The notes: generated by a model from the letters alone, not told the origin. Positions 28,101-38,387 are shown, counted from the stretch's first letter. The stretch is 64,000 nt of DNA from Fidelibacterota bacterium (GCA_965212055.1 OZ243041.1:96001-160000); one strand, 5' to 3'. A program made the numbers and translations.

Positions 28101-30535
28101 TACTTTTTTTCTGATAATAATTTAATACTTTCTTCTAATGTTAATTCATCTATTTTGTACCCTTTTAATGATACATTTTTATTACCATCTGTTACATAGG
28201 GTCCAAACCTTCCCGTTTTGATTAAAATTTCTTTTTTTGTTTCAGAATCAATTCCTAAAACTTTTGGTTCAAATTTTGCTTTTCTGTTTTTAATAAGTTC
28301 TATAGCACTATCTAAAGTAATTGTTAGTGGATTATCATTGGCTTTCATTGAAGCGTTTGTTTTACCACATTTTACATAAGGTCCATATCTTCCAAAATCG
28401 ACGAATACATCTTCTTTTGTTTCAGGATTTTGTCCAAGATTTTTCGGTAAACTAAGAAGATCCTTTGCAATTTTTTCTGTTACATTTTCTATTCCAATGC
28501 TTTTTGGAATTGACTTTCTTTTCTTAGAATCTAATAGCTCAAGATAGGGTCCATATCTTCCAACTTTTAATAGCATAGATTCTCCATTATCAAATTTTCC
28601 AATAATATTATCTTGATCTTGTAACTTAATGAGCTCTTGCACTGCTTCACTGTTTAAATCTCCAAGAAATAAGTCTTCAGGAATCGTGATATTTTTATCA
28701 TTATTTTGAATAAATGCTCCATATTGTCCTATTCTAATATCTATTTTGTTTGCGATAGGAATAGTACATGCCTTTTGGATATCTACTTTTTCTTCTAATA
28801 ACTTTTCAACTCCTTGATATGTGTCTGTACCGTAATAAAATTCTTTTAAAATATCTGAATAACTGTTTTCAGATCGAGAAATAGCATCTAACTTTCTTTC
28901 CATATCTGCTGTAAACTGTTCATTGAAAAGTGCCAAATAATGATTTTCTAATAATTGAGTAATAGCAATCCCTATAAATGTTGGAATCAATGTTTTATTT
29001 TTTTTGATAACATATTCTTTGGATACAATTTTGTCTAATATTGATGAGTAAGTAGAAGGACGACCGATTCCTTTTGTTTCCATTTCTTTTACTAGCATTG
29101 CTTCAGAAAACCTTCTAGGAGGAATAGTGGTTTTTTCCTCAGATGATATGGTTTGATGTGTAATATTCGAAGATTCTGATAAACTAGGAAGAGAACCAGC
29201 AACAGATTTTTGATTTCTTCCTAAAGCTTGTTCATATGCAGCAGTATATCCTTTAAATTTGGTTACATTTCCACTTGCTTTATAAATAGAGTTTCCATTT
29301 TTTATTGTAATATTAGTACGTATATATTTAGCAGCTTTCATTTGAGAAGCCAATGTACGATTTAAAATTAAATCATATAATTGTGATTCATCTTTACCTA
29401 AAGTAGTAGCGATTTCATTTGTTTCTTTAAAAGTTCTTCCTGCTGGTCTAATTGCTTCATGGGCTTCTTGTGCATTAGCAACTTTTGTTTTATACATATT
29501 AAATGAATCTGGAAGGAATTCTTTGCCAAATTTATTTTCAATAGAATGTTTCGCAGCAGATAACGCTTCGCTTGAAAGATTAGTAGAATCTGTTCTCATG
29601 TAAGTTATAAATCCTTGTTCATATAATTTTTGTGCAACCATCATTGTTCTTTTTGGAGAATATCCAAATTTTCTTGATGCATCTTGTTGAAGAGTACTAG
29701 TTGTAAATGGTGGAGGAGGGGAACTAGAAGTTGGTTTTGATTCAATTTCTACAATCTCCCATGGATTTTCATTCGATTCTTTTTTGATTTCTTCTGCTTT
29801 TTCTGTATCAATCAAGAGCAAATTTTCATTTTTTAAACCACTATCAAACTTGCCAAAATCATTACTTGTTGCAACTTTCTGTTCATCATAGTGAGTAAGT
29901 CTAGCTTTGAAATTTTTATTACTACTTTCTTCAATGAGTTCTGCTTCAATTGCAAAAAATTTGTTTTTAATAAATTTATTTCGTTCTTTTTCACGTTTTA
30001 CTAATAATTTTAATGCTACCGATTGAACTCTTCCAGCAGACAACCCTTTTACCCTTAAGTTTCTTAATGTTTGCCATAAAACAGGGGAGAACGTAAATCC
30101 TACTAATCGATCGATTGCTCTTCTAGCCTTTTGTGCATCTACTAAATTGTAGTTTATTTCTCTGCTATTATTTATTGCTTCCATTACAGCATTTTTTGTT
30201 ATTTCTGTGAATTCTACACGTTCAACATCTTTATTAATTTCCTCAGCAATATGTGCAGCAATCGCCTCACCTTCTCTATCTGGATCTGTAGCAATTAAGA
30301 TTCTATCAGCGATTTTAGTTTCATTCTTGAGTTCAGTTATAAATTTTTTCCTATCAGCTATAGTTTCAATATCCATAGCAAAATCATTTTTGATATCAAT
30401 TCCTAATTCTTTTTTTGGCAGGTCTTTAAAATGGCCAATGCTGGCTATTACTTTAGCGTGATCTATATATTTGCTTATTGTTTTTGTCTTAGAAGGCGAC
30501 TCAACAATAATGAGTAATTTTTCTTGATTTGACAT
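28100..30535 (-). CDS. topA: DNA topoisomerase I with Toprim_C repeats
   Basis: IVESPSK, ATDPDREGEAIA, SAGRVQS, active site ITYMRTDS, AHEAIRP, GIGRPSTY; C-terminal GRYGPY repeats. Confidence 0.97.
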   Translation of the reverse strand: MSNQEKLLIIVESPSKTKTISKYIDHAKVIASIGHFKDLPKKELGIDIKNDFAMDIETIADRKKFITELKNETKIADRILIATDPDREGEAIAAHIAEEINKDVERVEFTEITKNAVMEAINNSREINYNLVDAQKARRAIDRLVGFTFSPVLWQTLRNLRVKGLSAGRVQSVALKLLVKREKERNKFIKNKFFAIEAELIEESSNKNFKARLTHYDEQKVATSNDFGKFDSGLKNENLLLIDTEKAEEIKKESNENPWEIVEIESKPTSSSPPPPFTTSTLQQDASRKFGYSPKRTMMVAQKLYEQGFITYMRTDSTNLSSEALSAAKHSIENKFGKEFLPDSFNMYKTKVANAQEAHEAIRPAGRTFKETNEIATTLGKDESQLYDLILNRTLASQMKAAKYIRTNITIKNGNSIYKASGNVTKFKGYTAAYEQALGRNQKSVAGSLPSLSESSNITHQTISSEEKTTIPPRRFSEAMLVKEMETKGIGRPSTYSSILDKIVSKEYVIKKNKTLIPTFIGIAITQLLENHYLALFNEQFTADMERKLDAISRSENSYSDILKEFYYGTDTYQGVEKLLEEKVDIQKACTIPIANKIDIRIGQYGAFIQNNDKNITIPEDLFLGDLNSEAVQELIKLQDQDNIIGKFDNGESMLLKVGRYGPYLELLDSKKRKSIPKSIGIENVTEKIAKDLLSLPKNLGQNPETKEDVFVDFGRYGPYVKCGKTNASMKANDNPLTITLDSAIELIKNRKAKFEPKVLGIDSETKKEILIKTGRFGPYVTDGNKNVSLKGYKIDELTLEESIKLLSEKK

Positions 30536-30546
30536 TTTAGGAAATC

Positions 30547-30576
30547 AACTTACATCCTTTGTATGCTAATTGTCAA
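30547..30576 (-). promoter_or_regulatory. Putative topA promoter
   Basis: TTGACA (30576-30571)-18 nt-TAAGTT (30552-30547), 11 nt before the ATG. Confidence 0.65.
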
Positions 30577-30577
30577 A

Positions 30578-30607
30578 AATTTATATATATAATTATATAT
30601 ATAAATT
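30578..30607. repeat. Perfect 30-bp A/T-only palindrome
   Basis: AATTTATATATATAATTATATATATAAATT equals its own reverse complement. Confidence 0.9.
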
Positions 30608-31835
30608 ATTGGTTTTTTAAAAAACTAAGAATTTGACTTTCTGAAACAGTATTTTCTTTTTTGGAGCTTAAATTTCTAATAATGATTTTGTCATCAATAA
30701 TCAATATTGATGATGCTTTATTTTTTATTGCATCTTTAATTTGATTTTTTACATTCTTTTTATTTGTATCAAAAAATATTTTATATCCATTATTAGTTAT
30801 CTCTTTAATAATTTTAAAACCTTTAGATGCATGTTTTGTATCATTACAGCTAATATAGACATCAATGCTTTTGTTAGTTGGTTGTTGTTTTGATTCACGC
30901 ATCATTCTTTCAATTCCAGCAGCAAATCCAACAGCAGGCATCTTTGGTCCACCCATTTTTTCTACTAAAAAATCATATCTACCACCACCACAAAGAGCAT
31001 TTTGTGATTGTTGGCTATCTGTAGTAATCTCAAATGTAGTACCATTATAATAATCTAAGCCACGAACAAGATGTGGATTTTCATTATACTTAATTCCTAA
31101 TGCTTTTAGGTGTGATAATACTTCATTAAAATGAATGCCATCATTTTTTGAGATAAATTCTTTGATTAATGGAGCATTTTTTATAATTGATTGATCTTCT
31201 TTTTCTTTGCTATCTAAAATTCGTATTGGATTTTTCTCAAGTCTTTTTTTAGATATTTGTGATAGCTTGTTTTTATTTTGATTAAAATATTTTTTTAATA
31301 CTACTTCATATTGTGTCCTAGTTTCAGGACTACCAATACTGTTAATACTTAATATCGTATTATTAATCTTTAAGTCTGTAAAAAGTTTGTTTGCAATAAA
31401 GATTACTTCAGCATCTTGTTCGCTATTGCTAGACCCAAATGCTTCAATTCCAAATTGATTAAATTGTCTTTGTCTTCCTTTTTGAGGCTTTTCTCTTCTA
31501 AATAATGAATCAATATAATATAAACGACATAGTGGATGTTTTCTAAAAAATCCTGATTCAATATAAGCTCTTACAACAGGGGCCGTCATTTCTGGTTTGA
31601 GAGCTAATTGCTTTCCTGATTGATCTTGCCAACCAAACATTTCTTTCGAAACATCTGTTTCATATCCAATATTTTCTTGAAAAAGATTAATAAATTCTAC
31701 TGCAGGTGTTCTGATTTCTTCAAATCCAAATTGTTGACATGTCTGATGAATTATTGCTTCAATCTCTTGCCATAACTGTGTTTCAGGAGGAAGAATATCG
31801 AAAGTGCCTTTGATTTTTTGGTATTTAGACTTCAC
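30606..31835 (-). CDS. hisS: Histidine--tRNA ligase
   Basis: KGTFD, LKPEMTA, FRREKPQKGRQRQFNQFGIE, LVRGLDYY, GGGRYD, GFAAGIER; GTG start. Confidence 0.97.
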   Translation of the reverse strand: MKSKYQKIKGTFDILPPETQLWQEIEAIIHQTCQQFGFEEIRTPAVEFINLFQENIGYETDVSKEMFGWQDQSGKQLALKPEMTAPVVRAYIESGFFRKHPLCRLYYIDSLFRREKPQKGRQRQFNQFGIEAFGSSNSEQDAEVIFIANKLFTDLKINNTILSINSIGSPETRTQYEVVLKKYFNQNKNKLSQISKKRLEKNPIRILDSKEKEDQSIIKNAPLIKEFISKNDGIHFNEVLSHLKALGIKYNENPHLVRGLDYYNGTTFEITTDSQQSQNALCGGGRYDFLVEKMGGPKMPAVGFAAGIERMMRESKQQPTNKSIDVYISCNDTKHASKGFKIIKEITNNGYKIFFDTNKKNVKNQIKDAIKNKASSILIIDDKIIIRNLSSKKENTVSESQILSFLKNQ

Positions 31836-31870
31836 AAAACAACATTAATAATTTTTTTAAGCAATAACAC

Positions 31871-34800
31871 CTAAAAATTTGATCTTGTACTATATATGCC
31901 TTGTCTACGTTCAATTTTTAAATCTTTTAATATATCTGATTTAAGATTTAATCTAAAATACAGACCTTTTGCATATCCATTTGGGGTCCAATCTATAAAA
32001 AATTCCCAACAATCTATTTCTCTATACAATGTAAGGTTATGCCTAATGATCGATTTATCAGTTATATTGAAACGTGCATTATAGTTTAATTTCCAATTTT
32101 GCGTAACGTTGACAGATGTATTTGTATTAATCCAAAAATTTTCGATGGTATTTGAAGGATTAAATTTATTGATTGTATAACTAAGACCAATTCGCGAATT
32201 CCAATTGTTTCCAGATAAGTCATTCAAGAATTTTTTAGTATCTTCACTAAATTCTTTTTCTTCTTTACTATCAGTCGGTTCTGATTTGCTTCTAATTGTG
32301 AAATTTGTTGCAAGTCTTGCTGCAACCATTCTTGGAAAATTATCTAATTCATCAATTCTAACATTATTTTCACCATCAAATTTATATGGATCATGTGTAA
32401 AGTTCATGTCAACAGAAACACCATCTTTTAGATTACTACGCATTGAAGTGTTAATCTTTGATATTTTAAATTCATCAGCATTGAAGTTATAACTGCTAGA
32501 AATTCGCCAATTAAGAAAATTAATTTTTTCCTCTTTGTCTTCTTTTTTTATTTTTGCTTGGAAAACGTTATTTAGAGACAGACTAACTCTTTTAGTGGAA
32601 CTTGTTGGAGTAGACCCTATTAGTGATCCTTGGAAGTAATCATAAATTTCTGTTCCAATTTCTTGGAAGTAGTCATTGTTATCTTCATAATCTGGAGAAT
32701 AATTAAATCCAATGCTTGGCGTAATAACGTGTCTAACAGATTCTACATTTCTAAATTTGATTGGTAAAATACCATATATTTTTGTTGATAAAGAAAGTCC
32801 AAAATTTCCAGTCGTTCTATTTTTAATTTTATCTTGATAGCTAAAGGTTACATCTTCATCTTCATTGAGCTCTGCTATTCTGTATCGATTGATAAAATCT
32901 GAATTAATATTCAGATTTGGATTGATTGCAATATATTTAAAAATTGTAAATGGAGCATTAATAGCAAAATTATTTTTTAACATTCCATCTACTTTATGAG
33001 CTTTAGAAGCATTTCCATTACTGTCTTGTTTCCACGCATAGCCTATTGTTCCATCTTCATTGATAATTTCTTCTGCCTCATAGTAGCTTTTAGTATTGTT
33101 AATCAATCGAGAACTATAATTCCATTGTATATTATTTAACCATGACTCTTGAGGTGAATTTTGAAATAATTTTCTTCGAGCAACTCTCAAATTTAATGAA
33201 GGCAAAGTGCTCGTATTATCTGTAATTGTATTTTGAGTGCTATAAGGAGTTTGGTAAAAAGAAGAAGAAGGATTGACCTTATTAGATGCCATTAAATCTT
33301 GTTTGTTAGATGCGTTTGCACTGATTGAAATATTTTGTTTTGCCCATCTTTTTGTGTAAGTAATATTTGAAATTGCTTGTTGATTTAATCGTTTAATTGG
33401 ATCAATACTTGTTTCTCGATTGTATTCTCCATTGCTGTAATAACTAGCATTCGCTCTGAAAGTTTGATTATTCCTTAGTATTTGGTTGTGTTGCCAATTA
33501 AAAACATAGTCAGTTTGGTTATTTTCACTAATTTTTGAAATATTTTCTTCTTCAGAACCCAAATACTTTCTTGTTTCAAGTTTTAACTTTCCACTAAACT
33601 TATATCGCTTCTTATATTCATTATTTGCTTTGAGTATAATCCCTTGGCGATCCGCAAAACTCAACAAAAATTCTGAACCAAAATAATCATTTGGAGCAAA
33701 ATAATATCCTAATCCATCCAAATATGTTCCACGATTTTCAGATGATCCAAATGATGGCATAATCCAACCTGATCTTCTTTCTCCAGATGCATGAGGGAAG
33801 ATTGCCAAAGGGATACCAATGATAGGAACTCCTCCGATATAAACATTTAATGGTTTTGCAATTACTTTTTCTCCATAAATGATCTTTACCTGTTTGCTCC
33901 CCAGATAAAATTTTGATGGGTCACAAGATGTAAAAATACAATCATCAATATAAAAAGTACTATCAGTGACACTTGTAATTTGTTTCCCCATATATTTATT
34001 TTCTTGAACTTGGCTTTCTCCTCTTAATATTTTTCCCCTTTTTGATTGAAGATTATAAACCATTTCATCGCCTATCATTGGTTCACGGTTTCCTTCAATT
34101 AAAAGAGGCCTATTTTTTTCTTCGCTATCTAATGGATTAGTCGTAAATGCTTCTAAAATATTGGTTTCCCAATTGACATTTACATATGATGCCGAAAGAT
34201 CAATATCTTCGTGTAATATTTTTGAAAAACCATATAATTGTGATATTTGTTTATCAACCTCAAATTCGATTACTTCTGCAGAATAATTAATGGGTGAGGT
34301 AATGCTAGAATTAAATTTATTTGGGGTATATCGCCCAATGGTACCGCCTTTTGCTGTTAATCGTGTTGCTGATTCATTGTCAATACTAATTGCTATTGAA
34401 TCACCAGACACTTCATTGCTTCCTTGATATAAAGAATCATCATACAGATGAATAAAGGTTGATGCCATGCCCTCTAAGTATACTTTATCAATTTCATTTT
34501 CTTTGATATCACCCAATATATATTTTGCTTTTAATAAATTCTGATTTTCTAATTTGACTAAATCTTCTTTTTCCCCTTCCATTTTTTTCTCATATCCAGT
34601 ATTGGTTGAAAAAATTTCTCCTCCAGATAGAATTTCAAAATTATTTAACTCGTCATTCTCAAATTTTAAGATTATTTCGTCGCCGTAGATTTGATGTTTA
34701 TTATTTTCATTAATTTGGCAATTTTCAATAAGAGTAATTTGTTCTGTCTTTTCATTAAGTAGCGCTTTGTTTGATTGCATACTTCTTTGCTTGTCATCAA

Positions 34801-35116
34801 TTCTTACATTTCCATACATTGAAAACAACTGACTATCTTGATTATATGTCAAAGAATCACAGTAAATGGTTTGGGATTCTTTTTTTATTACAACGTTATT
34901 GTTTAATTTTACTAATGGAGATTTTGCATATTGAGTAGCAAAATCACTTTTTAAAACCGTATCATTCTTTTTAAAGATAATATTCCCAGACAATTGTGTT
35001 ATAGTTTCATTATTAATAACAGATGACTCTAATAGGTCAGCTTGTTGAAGAATTAACTTGTCTTGCGTGAAGCTTATCGATAGAAGAAATGCGAGAACAA
35101 AAGATTTTTTAATCAT
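31871..35116 (-). CDS. lptD: LPS assembly protein LptD (FCB type) with extended N-terminal OstA/LptA-like region
   Basis: Start likely ATG 35116 (MIKKSFVLAF..SFT|QD); FTSCD, RSGWIMPSFG, GLGYYFA, RHVITPSIGFNYSPD, LYREIDCWEF..WTP. Confidence 0.85.
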   Translation of the reverse strand: MIKKSFVLAFLLSISFTQDKLILQQADLLESSVINNETITQLSGNIIFKKNDTVLKSDFATQYAKSPLVKLNNNVVIKKESQTIYCDSLTYNQDSQLFSMYGNVRIDDKQRSMQSNKALLNEKTEQITLIENCQINENNKHQIYGDEIILKFENDELNNFEILSGGEIFSTNTGYEKKMEGEKEDLVKLENQNLLKAKYILGDIKENEIDKVYLEGMASTFIHLYDDSLYQGSNEVSGDSIAISIDNESATRLTAKGGTIGRYTPNKFNSSITSPINYSAEVIEFEVDKQISQLYGFSKILHEDIDLSASYVNVNWETNILEAFTTNPLDSEEKNRPLLIEGNREPMIGDEMVYNLQSKRGKILRGESQVQENKYMGKQITSVTDSTFYIDDCIFTSCDPSKFYLGSKQVKIIYGEKVIAKPLNVYIGGVPIIGIPLAIFPHASGERRSGWIMPSFGSSENRGTYLDGLGYYFAPNDYFGSEFLLSFADRQGIILKANNEYKKRYKFSGKLKLETRKYLGSEEENISKISENNQTDYVFNWQHNQILRNNQTFRANASYYSNGEYNRETSIDPIKRLNQQAISNITYTKRWAKQNISISANASNKQDLMASNKVNPSSSFYQTPYSTQNTITDNTSTLPSLNLRVARRKLFQNSPQESWLNNIQWNYSSRLINNTKSYYEAEEIINEDGTIGYAWKQDSNGNASKAHKVDGMLKNNFAINAPFTIFKYIAINPNLNINSDFINRYRIAELNEDEDVTFSYQDKIKNRTTGNFGLSLSTKIYGILPIKFRNVESVRHVITPSIGFNYSPDYEDNNDYFQEIGTEIYDYFQGSLIGSTPTSSTKRVSLSLNNVFQAKIKKEDKEEKINFLNWRISSSYNFNADEFKISKINTSMRSNLKDGVSVDMNFTHDPYKFDGENNVRIDELDNFPRMVAARLATNFTIRSKSEPTDSKEEKEFSEDTKKFLNDLSGNNWNSRIGLSYTINKFNPSNTIENFWINTNTSVNVTQNWKLNYNARFNITDKSIIRHNLTLYREIDCWEFFIDWTPNGYAKGLYFRLNLKSDILKDLKIERRQGIYSTRSNF

Positions 35117-35154
35117 ATCATATTTAACAAATGTTATTGATTTTTGTTTCATCT

Positions 35155-35183
35155 TTGTAAAGTAGAAATGTAATGTATAAATT
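35155..35183 (+). promoter_or_regulatory. Putative promoter with leaderless geometry
   Basis: TTGTAA-17 nt-TAAATT-6 nt-ATG (35190). Confidence 0.5.
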
Positions 35184-35189
35184 GCTTTA

Positions 35190-35495
35190 ATGTTAGAAAA
35201 TCTGTTCAATGATATTTTGTCCAACCCTGCCTATCTGGCAGTTGCGATTGCTCTAGCTGCAATGATTGCGTATAGTGTAATCAAACGTTTGTACAAATTA
35301 GTGGTCTTAGCAGTTGTGCTTTTTGTTATCTATTGTGCATATCTTACACTTACTGATCAACCATTGCCAGAGATAGATATTGATAAAATTCAAGAAGAAT
35401 TAGGAGAAGTAACAGATCAGGCTAAAGAATTGAAAGAAAAAGCAAGCGACACACTTGATAAAGCAAATGATACGCTTGATAAATTAAAAAACTAA
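35190..35495 (+). CDS. Small membrane protein (2 TM segments plus charged helical tail)
   Basis: 101-aa ORF with two hydrophobic helices and a repetitive DTLDK tail. Confidence 0.75.
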   Translation: MLENLFNDILSNPAYLAVAIALAAMIAYSVIKRLYKLVVLAVVLFVIYCAYLTLTDQPLPEIDIDKIQEELGEVTDQAKELKEKASDTLDKANDTLDKLKN

Positions 35496-35506
35496 AGAGG
35501 GTTATT

Positions 35507-36355
35507 ATGTTTGAAAAAAATCTTTTAAATGGACAAACAATTGTGATTACCGGAGGAGGAACTGGTTTAGGAAAGAGTATGTCCAGACGTTTTGGGGAAT
35601 TAGGTGCCAATATTGTAATTAGCGGTAGAAGAAAAGAAAAACTTGAAGAAACCGCTGATGAATTTTCAAAACTTGGTATTAATGTTTTGACTTGTCCTGG
35701 TGATGTAAGAAAATTAGAAGATGTAGAATTGATGACATCTCAAGCGATTGATAAATTTGGGAAAATTGATGGATTATTAAATAACGCAGCCGGGAATTTT
35801 ATTTCTCCTACTGAAATGTTAAGCCCTAATGCATTTAAAGTGGTGATTGATATTGTTTTGATGGGGACTTGGAATTGTACTAGTACGATTGGTAAAGAAA
35901 TGATTAAAAACAAAAAAGGAAATGTGCTTAGCATTGTTACAACCTATGCGTGGACAGGATCTCCGTATGTTGTTCCTTCTGCAGCAGCAAAAGCTGGTGT
36001 GTTAGCAATGACACGATCTTTAGCTGTAGAATGGGGGAAATATAATATTCGATTTAACGCTATTGCACCTGGCCCATTTCCAACAAAAGGAGCATGGTCA
36101 CGTTTAATGCCACCAGGTTTTGAAGATTTTGAAGATGGAATGAAGAATAAAATTCCTATGAAACGATTTGGTGAAAGACATGAACTAGAAAATTTAGCTT
36201 CTTATCTAATGAGTGATGGATCTGCTTACATTAATGGTGAAGTAGTGACTATTGATGGAGGCGAATGGCTTGCCGGCGCTGCTGAATTTAGTGAGATGGA
36301 CAAAATTCCGGATTCTTTGTGGAAAGCAATGGCTGCAAGACGTAAGAAAAAATAA
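35507..36355 (+). CDS. SDR oxidoreductase, 2,4-dienoyl-CoA reductase-like
   Basis: TGGGTGLG, NNAAGNFISP, VVPSAAAKAGV (no catalytic Tyr), LAVEWGKY, TKGAWSRL; RBS AGAGG. Confidence 0.87.
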   Translation: MFEKNLLNGQTIVITGGGTGLGKSMSRRFGELGANIVISGRRKEKLEETADEFSKLGINVLTCPGDVRKLEDVELMTSQAIDKFGKIDGLLNNAAGNFISPTEMLSPNAFKVVIDIVLMGTWNCTSTIGKEMIKNKKGNVLSIVTTYAWTGSPYVVPSAAAKAGVLAMTRSLAVEWGKYNIRFNAIAPGPFPTKGAWSRLMPPGFEDFEDGMKNKIPMKRFGERHELENLASYLMSDGSAYINGEVVTIDGGEWLAGAAEFSEMDKIPDSLWKAMAARRKKK

Positions 36356-36359
36356 CACT

Positions 36360-37112
36360 ATGTTTAGCTTAGAAAACAAAACCGCTATTATTTCAGGCGG
36401 TTCCAAAGGTATCGGAAAAGCAATTGCATTCAAATATGCTGAAGCAGGAGCTAATGTAATAATCTGCAGTAGAAAAAAAGAAAATTTAGATACTGCTGTT
36501 CAAGAGGCAAAATCAAATGGATTCGATATTACATCCATAGAATGTAATACAGGAGATGTCGATTCAATACAAAATGTGGTTAATCAAACGGTAGATAAAT
36601 TTGGAACAGTAGATATTTTAGTGAACAATGCAGCTGCCAATCCTTATTATGGCCCAATCCTTAAAGCTGAAGATAGTCATTGGGATAAAATTTTTCAAAT
36701 CAATGTTAAAGGCTATTTTGAATTTGCTAAAGCATGTAGTGTTTCGATGATTGAAAATAAATCTGGGAAAATTATTAATGTTGCATCTATTGCTGCAAAA
36801 ACCCCTCTTGAAGGATTGGGGATTTATAATATTAGTAAAGCAGCAGTTGTGATGTTAACTAAGGTGCTTGCCAAAGAAATGGCATATGCAAACATACAGG
36901 TCAATACATTGGCCCCCGGTTTAATTAAAACTGATTTTAGTAGAGCATTATGGGAAGATGAAAATATATATTCACAAATTATTAAATCCATTCCACAAGG
37001 TAGAATGGGAGAACCTCAGGATATTTCTGGAATGGCACTATATCTTGCTTCTGACGCTTCTGATTTTATTACAGGATCGATGTTTACTATTGATGGTGGG
37101 ATTACTACTTAA
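36360..37112 (+). CDS. SDR oxidoreductase, DHRS4-like
   Basis: Start moved to ATG 36360 (MFSLENK); SGGSKGIG, NNAAANPYYG, YNISK, APGLIKTDFSRALW. Confidence 0.88.
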   Translation: MFSLENKTAIISGGSKGIGKAIAFKYAEAGANVIICSRKKENLDTAVQEAKSNGFDITSIECNTGDVDSIQNVVNQTVDKFGTVDILVNNAAANPYYGPILKAEDSHWDKIFQINVKGYFEFAKACSVSMIENKSGKIINVASIAAKTPLEGLGIYNISKAAVVMLTKVLAKEMAYANIQVNTLAPGLIKTDFSRALWEDENIYSQIIKSIPQGRMGEPQDISGMALYLASDASDFITGSMFTIDGGITT

Positions 37113-37756
37113 GTATTAATTACCCAATTATAAAAATCTTTGATATTACTAAAAGTATTTGCTCCAGTATTATTAAGTCGATTGATATCATTATGACCAT
37201 TGTGAACCAGCGCACAATCAACACCCATATACTGGGATACTCTAAAATCTAATAAACTATCACCAACAATCATTGTTTCAGACTTAGGGATATCAATCCC
37301 CATCAACAATTCTTCTCCTTCAACTTCTTTTCCATACCCAGATGGAGTATGTTTTAACCCAGCAATATTTTGTATATACTGATCTAAATTAAAAAATCCT
37401 ATCTGTTCCACTAATTTATCGTGAAGGGTAGCAGATAAAACACTTTGTGTAATATCACTCTTATTAAATTGAATAATTGTTTCTTTAGCAAAAGGTTGAA
37501 GTGCAAGAGTTTTAAATTGTTTTTCAAAACCATCATGAAATTCTATATTGGTATTTTCAAAAGGTTCTTTATCAAAATCAAAACCAATTGATTCATAGAA
37601 TGTTTTAATAGGGAAAAGAAATTTTTCTTTATAGGCTTGGATCGTAATTGCAGGAATATTACGCTTACTTAAAGATTGGTTAAGAATGGTCACGCATAAA
37701 GAAAGATCATTCAATAAAGTTCCGTTCCAATCCCATATTATGTGCTTATATTTCAT
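37109..37756 (-). CDS. HAD family hydrolase
   Basis: Motif I IWDWNGTL, SVLSA, motif IV VGDS..D. Confidence 0.88.
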   Translation of the reverse strand: MKYKHIIWDWNGTLLNDLSLCVTILNQSLSKRNIPAITIQAYKEKFLFPIKTFYESIGFDFDKEPFENTNIEFHDGFEKQFKTLALQPFAKETIIQFNKSDITQSVLSATLHDKLVEQIGFFNLDQYIQNIAGLKHTPSGYGKEVEGEELLMGIDIPKSETMIVGDSLLDFRVSQYMGVDCALVHNGHNDINRLNNTGANTFSNIKDFYNWVINT

Positions 37757-38387
37757 GAATTTGAAAGTAAATAAAAAAACAGCATTAATAAAGAAAAGAC
37801 TAAATAAACCATTACCTGCATGGGATAGTCAGAAAAAAATGTCGGTTGTCAAAGTTAATAAGTTTGTTAGATTGGCTTTTAATCCACCACCAAATGCAAA
37901 ATTAGCTGCTGTTGCAATTATTTTGTTTCCAATTGATGATGACATAGGATTTTTTTTAACACAACGAACAAGTAATGTAGATCATCATAAAAGCCAAGTG
38001 TCATTACCTGGGGGAGCCCAAGATCAGGGAGAATCCCTTTCTGAAACATCACTTCGAGAGAGCAAAGAAGAGATTGGAATTAATAATAATTTAGAATTTA
38101 TTGGTAATTTAACTCCTCTTTATACCCCTGTTTCTGATTTCTTAATCCACCCCTATGTTTGGTATACTCCTTCAAAACCAAAAACTGTTCTTAACAAAGA
38201 TGAAGTAAGTGATATTTATACAATCTCTTGTAATGAATTAATGCATCAACAAACTTTAGGGACTATACCAAAGCAATTTAGAGGCATATCCTATGATGCA
38301 CCATGTTTCCAATTTATTCAATGTAATTGTTGGGGTGCTACAGCAATGATATTATCAGAATTTAAAGATTGTCTATTGGAGATTTAA
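37755..38387 (+). CDS. Nudix CoA pyrophosphatase (NudL/NUDT7-like)
   Basis: AAVAIILF, LTQR..HKSQVSLPGG..D.GE....SLRESKEEIG, WGATAMILSE; start uncertain (ATG 37755 or TTG 37761). Confidence 0.85.
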   Translation: MNLKVNKKTALIKKRLNKPLPAWDSQKKMSVVKVNKFVRLAFNPPPNAKLAAVAIILFPIDDDIGFFLTQRTSNVDHHKSQVSLPGGAQDQGESLSETSLRESKEEIGINNNLEFIGNLTPLYTPVSDFLIHPYVWYTPSKPKTVLNKDEVSDIYTISCNELMHQQTLGTIPKQFRGISYDAPCFQFIQCNCWGATAMILSEFKDCLLEI

